Program-made: the position numbers and the translations under genes | Shown: positions 51,501 through 64,000 of the stretch, in pieces | Position numbering within the stretch: position 1 is the stretch's first letter | Layout: each line of letters begins with the position of its first letter | The notes under the pieces: generated by a model | What the model was told of the DNA's origin: nothing | The model's database searches: none | Seen by the model: the letters and a program-made list of their open reading frames with translations, nothing else | Origin: Gnetum montanum | Lineage: Eukaryota; Plantae; Gnetophyta | Assembly (NCBI GenBank): GCA_015680685.1 | Contig: MNCI01000813.1 | Coordinates: forward strand, 18,800-82,799 | Reading direction: 5' to 3' | Length of the DNA stretch: 64,000 nucleotides

Positions 51501-53179
51501 AGATATCATGGAAATCAAATCATGAATTCCATTAGGTCTAACAACACTCCACACATTTCTTGCTCCATCAAACTGAGCACCATTGTCAAAATTCCAAGGT
51601 CTACCAATAATTACATCAACACAATCTATTGGAAGCACATCACACCTCACAACATCATGAAATCATCCAATTTTAAATTTTAAAGTACATTGTTCCCTCA
51701 CCTCTTGGGAAAAATTTTTAGACAACTAATGCATCTTATATGATCTTGAATAAGAACTAGTTACCAAGCCCAATCTAGCACCTTTCCTAGAAGAAATAAC
51801 ACTTTCTTGGGCTTCCTCATCAATTAAAACATGAATCCATTTTCCACTAGGCAAACAACTAGCCCCAATCTGAAACAACAATTTCCTATCATGATGATCT
51901 CCTCTATTAACATTTCTAATGAATGCATGATAATTTAATATACAAATATCCTCAATTTTTGGAGCATTAGGATTACCTCTCTAAATATCTTGGCTTAATG
52001 TCTCCTCCACCTCCATGGTTTGCACATTTTTTCCTTTGGCTACCTTGTGAAGCAAACATTTTCATTACTTGTGTCCCTATTCTTCACACTTAATGAACTA
52101 AATTTTTGATCAGCTACTACCTTGACCCTTGCCTTCTTTACCTAGATTATTCTTGGTTTTACCCTTCTCATCATTTCCTTTAGTCTTCTTATCTTGGTTT
52201 TCCTCCTTGTCTTCAAATTTGTATTTGGATCCCTTATCAAATCTAGATCCCTTCTTCTTACTCTTAGAATTTTTTTTGCTCCTATTTCCAAATCCACCTA
52301 ATTTCTTCTCATCCTTGAGTGCCAAATAATAAGTCTCATCAAAGGTTTGTGGCTCATAAAAGGATAACTCTTACTCATAAGCTATTTTGAGACCTCGTAA
52401 AAAGATTGAACCTTGCTCATACTCATCCCAGTTTACCTTATCTTAATGAAATGGATCAAAAAATTCATTATCAAATTCTTTAACATCCTTGTCACCTTGC
52501 TGTAGGAATTTTAACCTCATAATGGTTTCTTATCTATGATGAGACTATTCAAATTTTCTTTTCAACCTATATTTCATTAGATCCCAATCTCTGATAGGCT
52601 TACTATTTCATCTTTCATAACCTTGGAACTCATTTTCCCATCATTTAGAAGCCATACCTTCTAATATAGATTCAACAATAGGTACCCTCAAGTAGTTTGG
52701 TAGCTCTTCCACTAGAAAATGCTTCTCAAATTCCTTCATCCAACTTGCAAAAGCGTTGGTGCCCTCTACATCATTGAAAGTCTTCAACTATACATATGAA
52801 AGTCTTGAAGCTTTTTTGAATGCTCTAACAAGCCTTGCCTCATCTTCATCGTTAAGCTTTCTTGAAGAATTATGAAGCACCACTAGAACCCTTGGAGTTA
52901 TTATTTTAGGAATAGGATTCCCTCCCATTGGAACCCTTGACTGACACTCCCATAGCTAGATTAATATTCCTCTCCATCTACTCCATCTCCATCCTAGTGT
53001 GAAACTTCTTTATCTGAATGTACATGCTCTTCAACTTCCAATATCTAGATATGGCTAGGATCATCTTGTCTATCAACCTTCATGTTGATTTCATCCAATC
53101 GAGCAACCATCATCTAGAAGGCTGACTTCATGTTCTTCATGTCCCTATTTATATCTTGCACCTATTTATTCTTGTGTGC
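48510..53179 (-). pseudogene. gag-pol: C1 gag-pol pseudogene (gag, zinc knuckle ~52050-52100, protease, RT, RNase H, integrase, chromodomain-like tail); start codon displaced to 63363-63365
   Basis: [74 protein letters not shown]...FSVSDLVHYH; tail IILKQREASRTWKFKRHGYLIHLEDQFTNDIVWVHETKL (48565-48690). Confidence 0.9.
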
Positions 53180-54024
53180 TAATGAGTGATGAGGTATCCC
53201 TACACCCAACCATATGAATCACTAAGGCATTACATGTGATCTAGTCAAATTTCATAGACCTATAGTTATCTAATGTACTAGATCATCTAGGAAGTGAAAT
53301 GGATATTAAGAATGTTCATTATCTTTCTAAATACACTTGTGAGGCTTGAGGATATGGTTTAAGTGTAATTGAGGTACATGATCTTTTTATTTCTTTATGT
53401 CTTATAGATGTAATTGCCTACAACAAGATTGAAGGGTGGAGTAACTTAGAGTCTAACTTGCTTACTACCTATCTAGCCTAACACAAGTAATCACCCCACT
53501 TTCTTGGACACATCTTGAACACATATAACATTACTAGGATACCAAACATTAAGCATTGCTAGGTTACCAAGTACTATATGAATGCTCAAAGTGATCATGC
53601 TTGTGTTCATTAACGATTGAAAATATATTGCCTAATTCAAATGCATTTAAGTAAATAGCATGAAAGAAAAGTATATTAAAAGAAATAGGAATCTATTATT
53701 AGTGCTGCAAGGATTGTCAAAAGACTTTGTTTTATTCCTGTCACATTGCGGTGCTTAGGTACATCAGTGCTTGAACAAAGAACTATACATACTTAGACTC
53801 TTTCTGCGGGCACTCAGAAAATATTCTAACTTTGAAAGAAAAAAATTGCAAAATCTCTACTACTCTAACTAGAAAATGATCAAAAAACTGATGTAAAAAC
53901 TAGAGCCTAGGCATGGTATTTATAGACTCAGGGTATAGACCCCAACATTGTGTATGAGACATCATAGCTAGGCCTTGACATCATGTACCCAACATCACAG
54001 CAAATGACATAAACATGTTCATCG
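53180..54024 (-). repeat. 3' LTR of A3
   Basis: Direct repeat of 62546-63357; abuts PPT CAGTCATGGGGGTA. Confidence 0.9.
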
Positions 54025-56169
54025 TACCCCCATGACTGAATAAAAACTCATCCTCAAGTGAAGAGGAGGACGAACAAGTTTTTTACAACATAAAATATTG
54101 GGTAAGTATGGGATTATTGACTAACACACAAATTAACTCAGATAAAACAAATAGACTCTGAGTGTCCAAGTGAATAAAATTACAATTTTTATAACACTGG
54201 GTTTTCATGATAAGAGAAGTGAACACCCTAGAGAACATTGACATCCAACACCTCTTGGTAGTATAAGAATGAGAGAGAGAAGAGATCCAATGATCACAAT
54301 TGGTCTTCATTGTGTGATACTGTTGCATCATCCTTGATGAAGATAGTCCCACTTCTAGTCTATGCTTTCTATTACAATCATAATAAAATCATGAATTAGT
54401 ATGTAATGTGTAACACATAGTGGTTAAATGCCTTGTCTTGTTGATGGTTACAATTGGCTAAGTTGTGATTATGATAGATTCGTTCCTTTATTAGTGTTAG
54501 TAGGAAGGCTAACAAATAGGGTAGATAAGATAAGTGATCCATGAATTTTAAACAAGTTCAACACAAGGAAATAGTTCAAGAGAGTATAAGAATTCACAAT
54601 AATAAAATGAAAAATTTATTGAAAAGTGTTGTGAAGATGTGCACAATTAGATGTCATTAATGGGCTAAACAAAAGAGAATTTGATTTTAAAAGTGTTTAA
54701 GGATAAAGAACTTAACTAACCCAACCAAAAGATATGCAAGTGGGTCCTCCCAAAAGTAGGCATAGGCCTTTTATTCCCTCGCATAACTTTAAACTAAAGA
54801 GTTTGTGGGCTCCATGGATGATTAATGATTATAAAAGGTTAAGTACAAAGACCTAGAAGTAACTAACTAAGAATCCCAACACATCAAACTAGGACATTGA
54901 ACTAGAACATGAAATTGGTAATGAGGTAAGACATGGAAAGCATAGATGGATGAGAGAGAGAGTGGAATGGAGTTTTTAATTATGGTCACATGAAGTCCCT
55001 ATGGATTTTTTGGTTAAACGACTTGATAGGATTCATCCTTAGTCTAGACCAAAACCAACCACCTTTACTGACTTCACATTGTCATTCTAAGACCAATCCA
55101 TCCCTTGAGACACAAGAGTGCTTCCATAAAACAACCACCATTCCTTACTAAAGAATAAGTAGGATGTAAGGAAGGGCCTTAGTTAGAGGGGACTAGTTCC
55201 ATAACCAGTGGTTATAGCCCAGTTATTCTATCTAAGGAGTGTGCTTCAAATTCCCATTATTTTTTTTCTTTTGAAATGGGAACCACACCATGAAAAGACA
55301 CATGCATTTATTTTGTCCAAGGGGTGTTCTTTGAATCCTTATCATTTTTTTCTTTTTCTCTAATGAGAACCATACCATGTAAAGATGTATGCATTTATTT
55401 TGTCCAAGGGATGTGCTTTGAATTCATCATTTTATTTATTTATTTATTTTTATGACAACCACACCATGCAAGGACTTATTCAACTTCCTTTTATTGGATG
55501 ACATAGAATGGTAAGAAGTCCATGAAAACACACATGCACCTAGGCAAATAGAAAAGCACAAAGAATACTGAATGCCGTTGAAGCCACACCCTATTCAAAA
55601 CTATGAATTCTTCACAATTCTGGAAAGTACCAAAGTCACAAATTTATTAAAGTTTATTAATGAAAAAGGAACTTCACATTTCCAAAACAAGGAAAACTAT
55701 AGAGTTTGTGGATGCGTGGATGTTGTGGACTCACTACCTATTGCATGAAAAGAAACCATGATCTAATCATCTGTAATGAAATTCAAAGCTAGAAACCAGA
55801 TACCAACAATCAAATAACAAAAAATAGTACACACCACCATCAAGTAATGCATTACCAATATACTTGGCACTTACTAACAGAAAGTTTAAAGATGACACCA
55901 ATTAAAATAATAGAAAATATAAAAGAAAGTGTAAAATATTAAATAAATAGAAAATGTGCTAACAATCATGTAGAAAAAAATTAGAAAATATTAATAACAT
56001 GAAGACTAAAAGATGTAAAATAAAGAATGTGTAAAACAAAAAATTTTGAAAAACTAAGGAGCCACTTCTATGGTTAACATGGTTGGCCATCTTCCCCATG
56101 ACTAAGTTGAAAGGAGAAGATCCAAAATATGGTGCATGGTTATCCATCCGATTAGGTTGTTGTTGTGTT

Positions 56170-59100
56170 AGCTAGATTATGCTCATGGAAAGGTTTAATT
56201 TATTGGATGTTGACTAGCAGTTTTTGTTTGGGCTCTTAGTTTTATAGATCATCATGGCCTAGAAGAAAAAGTCTCATAAATAATGTAAGGTCCTTCCCAC
56301 AAAATTTGGAATTTAGTTTGTTGAGGTATGTGCATGGGGTTTTAGTAGAGAACCTTGTCTCCTAGTTGAAATTTGGATTTTCTAATTTTCAAGTCATGAT
56401 GCTTTTTGTTATAAGCCTTGTGTAACTCATTAAATGATAGGGCTACTAATCAATTTTCATCTACTAGGTTGAGATTCATCAATTATTCTTTTTGGTCTAA
56501 ATGCAAGTCAAGATCAAGGTCACAAGTTGTTGAAAGTGTATAGAGTTTGGATTGAATAGGAAGTATTGGTAATTTTTTGTACATAAGCTCATAGGGAGAA
56601 TAGCTTATAGGAAGTTTCCAAGTTGACTGGTAGGCCCAAAGAGCATTATTGAGTTTTGTGTTCCAACCCTTCCTATACTTACTAATAGTTCTTGTTAGTA
56701 TCCTTTTGATTTCCCTATTAGTAACCTCAATTTGACCATTAGCTTAGGGATGGTAAGGTGTTGTGAGTCTAAGTTCAACCCCCAAGCATTTCATGAGCTT
56801 TAAAAAAGTACTGCTTGTAAAATGAGTTCCATTACTAGAAATTAATGCATGTAGCATACCAAATGTATTTACAATATTTTGTTGTACATACCAAATAGTA
56901 GTAGAGGATGTATAGTTGATGATAGCTACTGCTTCTACCCATTTTATACAATAGTCAACAACAACTATGATGTAAGCCTTTCCATTTGACATGGGTGTGA
57001 TAGGACCCATGAAGTCAATGCCCTAGATGTCAAAGGATTCTAGTGGTTGAATCCATTGTTGAGGTCCCTCCATTTGATTACTCATAACACCATCTCGTTG
57101 GCATCATTCATAAGAGTAGACATAATGATGAGCATCCTTGAAGAGTGTTGGCTAGTAGTGCCCTACCATCATTATTTTAATGATTGTGCATCTCTAAGCA
57201 TAATGTCCTCCACAAGGAATTTCATGAGCATCTTAGAGAATGCGTAGTTGATTAGCATCAAGAACATACTAATGAACCAAGCCATTAGTGCACACCTTGT
57301 AGAGGTGTTTGTTGATCTCCATGAACTACTTGGTTAAGAAACTATTATTTTTTCCAGTGGTCCAACCCCTATTGCATCTCCTAACTAAGAAGCTAGGTGA
57401 GAATTCCATCATACCATTTTGCCTCATTGGGCATTCATTCAGTTATAGCCCGAACAAAGAGAAGTTCATCAAGAAACATGTTAGATAATGGACTTTCTTC
57501 TTCTTGGTCATCCCATCACAACTAAGACAAGTGATTAATGACCACATTCTTAGTGCTCTTTTAATCTACCATCATAAGATCAAATTATTGCAAGATCACA
57601 AGCCATTGTATAACATAGGGGCTCACTATTGGCTTGTTCATCAGGAAGCAGATGGCATTGTATTCCATGTGCACAAACACCTTGTACCCAAGCATGTAAT
57701 GCCTAAATTTCTCTACAGCAAATACCACCACCATTAATTCTTTCTTTCTAGGGGTGTAGTTTAGTTGTGCACCCACAATACTTTAACTATTTCAATTGAT
57801 GTAGTATGGCCATTTCTTCTCATCTAACTACATTAGCACCAATCCCAAGGCCTAATTTGATGCATCTGTCATGACATGAAATGGCCTAGACTAGTCAAGT
57901 GCTTATAGGATTGGAGTTTCTACAAGCTTCTCTTTGAGTTTTTAGAATGCTTTCTCACATTTTATGGTCCAGACAAAGGGAGCCTCTTTCTTTGTTAACT
58001 CCACCAATGGATTTGTGGTCTTAGAGAAATTCTCTATGAATTGATGATAGTAGCCAGTATGTCCAAGGAATGACCAAACATATTTAACTGATTCTGGTTG
58101 GTGGGTTATTCCTTGGATAACCTTTATTTTCTCAAGGTCCACCTCAATTTCTGCTTGCAATATTATGTGCCCCAATACAATGCCCTCCTAGACCATGAGG
58201 TGACTTTTTTGCTAATTAAGCTAGAAGTTAGTTTCAACACATCATTTCAACACTTTCTCAAGGTGGTCTAAGGCTTTCTCAAATGTACCTTCATAGGTGG
58301 AGAAGCCATCCATAAAGACTTTCACACCACTATGGATCTACTGTTGAAAAATGCTCAGGACTAGGCACTAAAATGTGGTAGGTGCATTGCATAGATCAAA
58401 TGACATCTTTTGATATGCAAAAGTCTCCAAAGGTCTCATGAATTTAGTCTTTGCCTAGTCTTCTAGTGCAATTTGAATATGGTTATAGCCACTATAACCA
58501 TCTAGGAAACTATAGTAGCAATGCCTAGATATTGTGTCAAGCACCTGGTTTACAAATGGAAATGGAATATGATCCTTGAATGTTGCCATATTTAGCAATT
58601 TAAAATCGATGTAGACCTACTAGTTTCCACCTTTCTTTGGCACAATCACAAGTAGGCTAACCCACTTGCTATCCACAATGGGATAAATGAACCCTACATT
58701 AAGGAGTTGCTCAATTTCCTCCTTGATGATTTGCTTCAATTTAGGGTTCAACTACCTCTCTAGCTATCATTTTGGCTTTATTGCTAGGTCAATGTAGATG
58801 TGATGCTGGCATATCCTAGGAATAATCCCTATGAGTTCAAGATATGACCAACTAAAAGCTATTGATAATATTTCAACTAGTTTCAACATCATCCTTTTCT
58901 ATTCTAGAGCAAGTTTTGCATTGATTATATTGGCTTCCCATTCTTCAAAAATACATATTTCATTCTAGCCAGTAAAATTTTTAGCTCAAGGGTCTCTTAT
59001 TTGAATTTTTTAAGAATTTCCAACTCTCCCTAGTGAGTATCATTGTTTTTTTCATTATAGAGTTTGTGATGAACTTTCAAGTTCATCCATGCTCGTGACA

Positions 59101-62100
59101 TGTACATATGCCAAGCTCTTAGTTAATTCCATGCAAAGTGTGCTACTTTTAGAATGAGTGGTCAAACATTGGGTGCCCTCCTATTTTATGGCTATTGCAT
59201 ATAGACACCTTTGAATTTCTACTTTTGGTGCACACTATTTGCATATAGAGATAGATGCTTGGTTTATGCCCCAAGGTTTCTACGCATAATTACACCAGGT
59301 ATCATTGTACGTGATGCATGGAACTCTCTTCTTCTAAATTTTTTTGAATGAATTTTCTTTAAATATTTCTAGGGAAAGATCTTAGATGCACATTCTTGCA
59401 TTGATGATGCTTAGCCATACCCTTTCCATGATGATTTGGAAATCCCCTTTGCAATTCTCCACTTTGATTACTAGGAAATCGATAGGATAAGAACACCCAT
59501 AAACAATGGTCACAATGTCCTCTACTAGTCCCAATGAAATAGTGATTGACTGGTCTACCATTTCTAATCTTATTTTGCTCTTCTTAAGAGGTGGCAAGTT
59601 CCAAGTAGTGTACATCTCATGAGAAATTAGATTAACAGTAAAACCTTAATCAAGAAGAGCCTTCCACAGTTCATTTCTAGCAATCTACAAATAAATTAGA
59701 GAACTTTTAGGATCAACTAATTTCCTAAGAAGGTTGCCTACATGGATTTAGTTAGATATAGTATGAGTGAACATTACAGTATGGATCCTAGGCAGAGTTT
59801 GGTTTGAAGGAGACTTGAAGGTATTAGGTATAGAGAAAGATGCAGGAGCAGGGTTGTCAATTGTGGGTATATGTGAGGATTTAGGCAGACTATAGGGTTG
59901 AAAGAAAGGTATTTTTTTGGATAAGGTATTTGGCCCCTTTGATTGATAATTTAGTTGTAGATTGATAGCCCTCATAGCATTGTGTTGTTGTGGGTAGGCT
60001 GGTAGTTCACCCTGCATAGGTGAAGTAAGCGATAGTTGTGCAACTGGAGGAGGAATATGTGCAAGAACAAGAGGAGCATAAGGGTAAGTGGTGGTATCCC
60101 TTATTTCATGTGGAGAATGAGCTTGATAATAATCTGATAGTTGGTAGTGAGGTAGAAATTGGAAATGTGACTAGAAGAGTCACATTGAGACATGGTTTGC
60201 TAAATGTAGTAACCATATGGATTAGGTTGTCGGTAAGGGTATTGTTTCCTTGGTGGTGCCAGCACCCATGATTAGGGTTGCTACCACTATTGATATTATT
60301 CATATGGATGAAATGGAGCTCCACTTGGATAATATGTCTCTTACTAGTGGAACTTCCTAAGATTACCTTCAGGATAAGGTAACCTTCTAGATGTTTTCAT
60401 TTTTGTAAGTTGTGGATGTAAGGTGTATACCCCAAACTCCTATATATGTGACACAATAAGGCAAAATCCCTTAGGATGAACATACTATTAGACATCACAC
60501 CCATAATCATCATTTGATTCACTATCTACAACCTCTTCTATTGTAGCAGTCTTGCACTTACCTTTGTGATATACACAGTCAGCTTCCTTGGAACTCTTGA
60601 GCTCATGGTTACTGCCTTGTTCTTTGGACTCCTCAGCAATTTTGAGGATACCTTGGAATTTTTTGTCTATGGAGTCCCCTAATTAATCAACCTTGGCCAT
60701 AATTTTAGATTAAAAGTTTTGGAGTGGCAAGGTTTTCTTATTCACCCCCTCATCAAATACAAACTTGTCCTGACTATCGTGGAATCAAACCTACTTCTTG
60801 CAAATGGAAGGATCACAATTATACTCTTCTACACTTTCTCTTTTTCTTAGTTCTTCTNGAATGGAAGGATCACAATTATACTCTTCTACACTTTCTCTTT
60901 TTCTTAGTTCTTCTTTATCTTTGGCAACCTACTCTACTAATATTTGTATCTGATGGGAATTTAGTTCTTACAGTCATCCCTAGGCATAGACACCAAGGAT
61001 TCCCATTGCTACTAACTGAAGCTGATCTACTATGTGGTGAAGTTGATCTAGTTGAGAATAACCATGGCTTGGATATTTGTGCATTAAGGCATAGTATCAT
61101 CCAATGACAGCATCCATGGATTCAGGTCTTTATTATTTTCATTCTTAAATTTTCTTCCTTAAGTTGGACACCCTAGAGTACATTTGATATTTAGCATTGA
61201 ACAATTCCAACATGGTACTCCACTATCTAATAGATTCTGCTTCTAAGGATCAGTACTAGTTTTTTACTTCTTTCAGCAGTGTCTTGGGGAACAACTTCAA
61301 TTTCTACCATTTGTTCTCTATGTTGTACAAGACACATGCACCTTGGAAATCTTGAAGATGATTCTGTAGATCAAAGTTATATCCTCCTTCAAATTGGGGA
61401 ATATTGTTCATATCTAACCATTTGATCCAGCTATCCTTCACATGTCTTCTTGGAATTCTCACTACCTCTACAATGTTAAGCATACTTTAGGTAGTAAGTA
61501 GAGGCTCATCGAGGCCTTGATCATGGGGACTATGATGCCCTCTACTACCCTTCATTCATGGTGATGTGCCTCTCTTGAACATCTATGACCTTAATCTTTC
61601 CCTTCCTAACAATCCATTCAATCATTTTGGTCATTTTAGTCCCATTAGTTATTTTATGCATGTCGGTCACCTCCATCATGGTCTCACCTTCTATGATCAT
61701 GTTTAGAGCTAGAATAATAAGAAGATGACAAAGGGAAAGAGGAAGGAGAACCAACATTATCATAATGCCTGCTTGCACCTCTTTAGTAGTTGCAACCATG
61801 ATCACAATCTTGCTTCTTATCTGCATCCCTATCTTGACTTGCCCTTGTGAATTTGTCTTTGTTATTGGATCCCTTGTTACTAGAACTAGGATTGTGACTT
61901 GTTGGGTGCAAGTTCTAATTTTTACCTTCATCACTGAAGTCAAAGAGAGAAGTTTCATTGACTGGAAAACCCCTAAAGAAGGGTTCCCCACTAGCTTATT
62001 TGTGCAATAGGAATGGAGAATCATTAAGTTATTTTCCCCTTCAATAATTCATAGCACTACTCTAGCTGCTAATCCCACAGATGTGCTTCAATGGGATGAT

Positions 62101-62165
62101 AATCCCTAGCATCAGTCTCTTCCATAATATAATCCCTATGGAAATCTTGAAGACCACACCATGTA
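56170..62165 (-). pseudogene. gag-pol: A3 gag-pol pseudogene
   Basis: Gag LKLFPKTL (~61290); PR LLD*GFTVNLIS (~59650); RT FLDGYSGYNHI (~58500); RH KKELMVVVFAVEKFRHYMLG; INT IDFMGPITPMSNGKAYIIVVVDYCIKWVEA. 5' end approximate. Confidence 0.9.
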
Positions 62166-62526
62166 AGCATTTGGTAGAGCATTATAGGAATAGCTCAATT
62201 GGGTGGCAACACAATGTTACATTTCATGTCACATCACCACAGCTATTCATCCTAGTGTAAGATAAAAGTGATGTTTGGTACATACTCATCAATATAAGTA
62301 TAGAAAATTTGATATTGTTGAGGAATGGGCTAATAAGCTTTATCAGACATAGGTGGAGAAGTGCTCCTATGAGAAGAAGATAGTCTTAGTTAGAAAAATA
62401 AAAATCATAGTGTGCTTCTAACAATTTTTTATAGTAATGATAAAATAGGATATGACTCTATGGTTCATTCCAATGATTTAAATACTTTTCACTAGGTCCT
62501 AGATAGCACACAAAACAACAAAAATA

Positions 62527-62544
62527 TCCCTGTTAACAGTGCCA
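62527..62544 (-). promoter_or_regulatory. Primer binding site, degenerate tRNA-Asp type (A3)
   Basis: Minus strand TGGCACTGTTAACAGGGA adjacent to the LTR. Confidence 0.7.
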
Positions 62545-62545
62545 A

Positions 62546-63357
62546 TGATGAGTGGTGAGGTACCCCCTATGCCGAACCATATGAATCAATAAGGCATTAC
62601 ATGTGATTAGATCAAATTCGGTGGACCTATAGTTATCTAATGTACTAGCTCTTCTAGGAAGTGCAATGGATGTTGAGAATATTCATTGTCTTCCCAACTA
62701 CACTTATGAGGCTTAAGGGTATGATTTAAGTGTAATTGAGGTATATGATTTTTTTTATTGTTTTATATTTTATAGATGTGATCACCTACAACAACATTGA
62801 AGAGTGGAGTAACTTAAAATCTAACCTGCTTACTACCTATCTAGCCTAACACAAGTAACCACCCCACTTTCCTAGACACATCCTAAACACATATAGCATT
62901 GCTAGGCTACCAAATGTTAAGCGTTGATTGGTTACCAAGTACTATATGAATGCTTGAAGTGGTCATGCTTGTGTTCATTAACTATTGCAAATAAATTGCC
63001 TAATTAAAATGTATTTAAGTAGAAAGCTTGAATGTAAAGTGCATTAAAAGAAATAGAAATCTATTCTCAGTGTTTCAAGGATTGTCAAAAGAGTTCATTT
63101 TATTACCATCACACTGCTGCACTTAGGTATATCAATGCTTGAACAAAGAACTATACACACTTAGAATCCTTTTGTAGGCACTCAGAAAATATTCTAACTC
63201 TAAAAGGAAAAAATGACAAAAGCTCTACTACTCTAAATAGAAAATGACAAAAATTGATGTAAAAACTAGAGCCCATGCATAGTATTTCTAGACTCAAGGT
63301 ATATACCTTGATGTCATGTACGTGACATCATAGTGGACAACATAAATGTATTCATTA
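62546..63357 (-). repeat. 5' LTR of A3
   Basis: TGATGAGTGG...TTCATTA; about 30 bp shorter than the 3' LTR in the motif cluster. Confidence 0.9.
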
Positions 63358-63400
63358 GGTGCCATCTAAAATTTCCAAAATCCAAGCAATAATAAAACTA

Positions 63401-63413
63401 GGCTCTGATACCA
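63401..63413 (-). promoter_or_regulatory. Primer binding site, tRNA-iMet (C1)
   Basis: Minus strand TGGTATCAGAGCC, the canonical initiator-Met PBS, next to the LTR at 63415. Confidence 0.92.
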
Positions 63414-63414
63414 A

Positions 63415-63890
63415 TAACACTAGAGTAGGTTTACTCCACAATTAAATCACCTTCAATGTACTAAATCTAGATATTCTACAAAGATGAAATTAATTTCTAG
63501 AAAATAAGAAAAATAGATATCTTTAGTTAATTTCTCAAAAGATTACATGAGGGTTCACACAACCCACAAGAATCCAAAAACATATCACACACAAACAATA
63601 TTGTAAAGCATGAGGCTCTACAACCACACAATGCTTGTTCTCAATGTAAGACCCAATCAATAGAAATCTCTCCCATAGCCTAGGATTGAGATCTCAACTC
63701 AAAAGTGAGATACAAGAGAATAGAACACATAGATCAACACATCACAAGCTAATCTTGGAGCTACAATTACCAATTTCCCTCATCTAATGTGCTCACCCAC
63801 TCTCTCTTACACAACTCTCCTTGCATACTAACTCTCCTCTTTTTGTCTTATGGATGAATGCATACATAATTAAAGAGATCCAACATCCTA
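63415..63890 (-). repeat. 5' LTR of C1 (partial)
   Basis: Homologous to 47542-48015; similarity stops abruptly at 63890. Confidence 0.85.
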
Positions 63891-64000
63891 TGTGTTGGCA
63901 CATTTTAGGCCATTTCATGGAATAGGAGTTTCAGTCTATTTTAAAAAGAAATAGAAGGAGAATAAAAAATATATGCCTAAATTTACTAAAGATTCATACA
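63891..64000. mobile_element. Edge of a further insertion inside the C1 5' LTR
   Basis: Sequence starting TGTGTTGGCA replaces the expected LTR continuation (GGAAGCTTTC in the 3' LTR). Confidence 0.5.

Larger units (their letters stand above)
53180..63357 (-). mobile_element. Full-length Athila-like element A3 lacking the env-like ORF
   Basis: Paired LTRs 53180-54024 and 62546-63357; TSD TGTGC (53175-53179)/GGTGC (63358-63362); PPT at 54025-54038; PBS at 62527-62544. Confidence 0.93.
47542..64000 (-). mobile_element. CRM-clade chromovirus C1 with chromodomain; 5' LTR runs off the window
   Basis: LTRs ~47542-48494 and 63415-63890 are homologous; tRNA-iMet PBS; PPT; CRM-type pol motifs. Contains nested A3. 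Confidence 0.88.

Noticed and set aside
60803-60914. 55-bp perfect tandem duplication in A3 gag
   Set aside because: The copies are separated by an N at 60858, typical of an unmerged contig overlap.
63401-63413. tRNA gene fragments at the PBS sites
   Set aside because: Only 13-18 nt complementary to tRNA 3' ends and adjacent to LTRs; no cloverleaf.

Overview
This window is AT-rich plant heterochromatin made almost entirely of nested, decayed Ty3/Gypsy LTR retrotransposons. The heavy CG/CHG deamination suggests a large-genome land plant such as a gymnosperm or fern (inference). I found no intact host gene, rRNA, tRNA or CRISPR array, and every long coding region carries stops or frameshifts. 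Elements from left to right: (1) the end of a younger Athila-type LTR (1-282) inserted in the gag of Athila A1 (283-3273, -). (2) A1 sits in the integrase of a Galadriel-like chromovirus (3274-5559, -). (3) An unidentified LTR-like block (5560-6375). (4) A Tat/Ogre-like element with RT-RH-aRH-INT (6381-12125, -). (5) A + strand Tat-type element starting at 12126. Its LTR region holds a ~190-bp periodic array of a CG-centred palindrome and is interrupted by full-length Athila A2 (17101-29848, -, with env-like ORF). It continues with a tRNA-Asn PBS, gag-protease without RT/INT, and an antisense intron-containing PMD-like gene. (6) A second gag-protease-only Tat remnant (-). (7) An Athila env-like remnant A4. 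(8) A CRM-like chromovirus with a chromodomain (47542->64000, -), into whose gag start an env-less Athila A3 (53180-63357) inserted. The most notable signals are the nucleosome-spaced palindrome array, family-specific CG palindromes in nearly every LTR and ahead of the accessory ORFs, and the spliced accessory genes. Together these suggest, as a hypothesis only, TE-encoded protein/cis-motif pairs. All assignments were made by eye from motifs; no database search was run.
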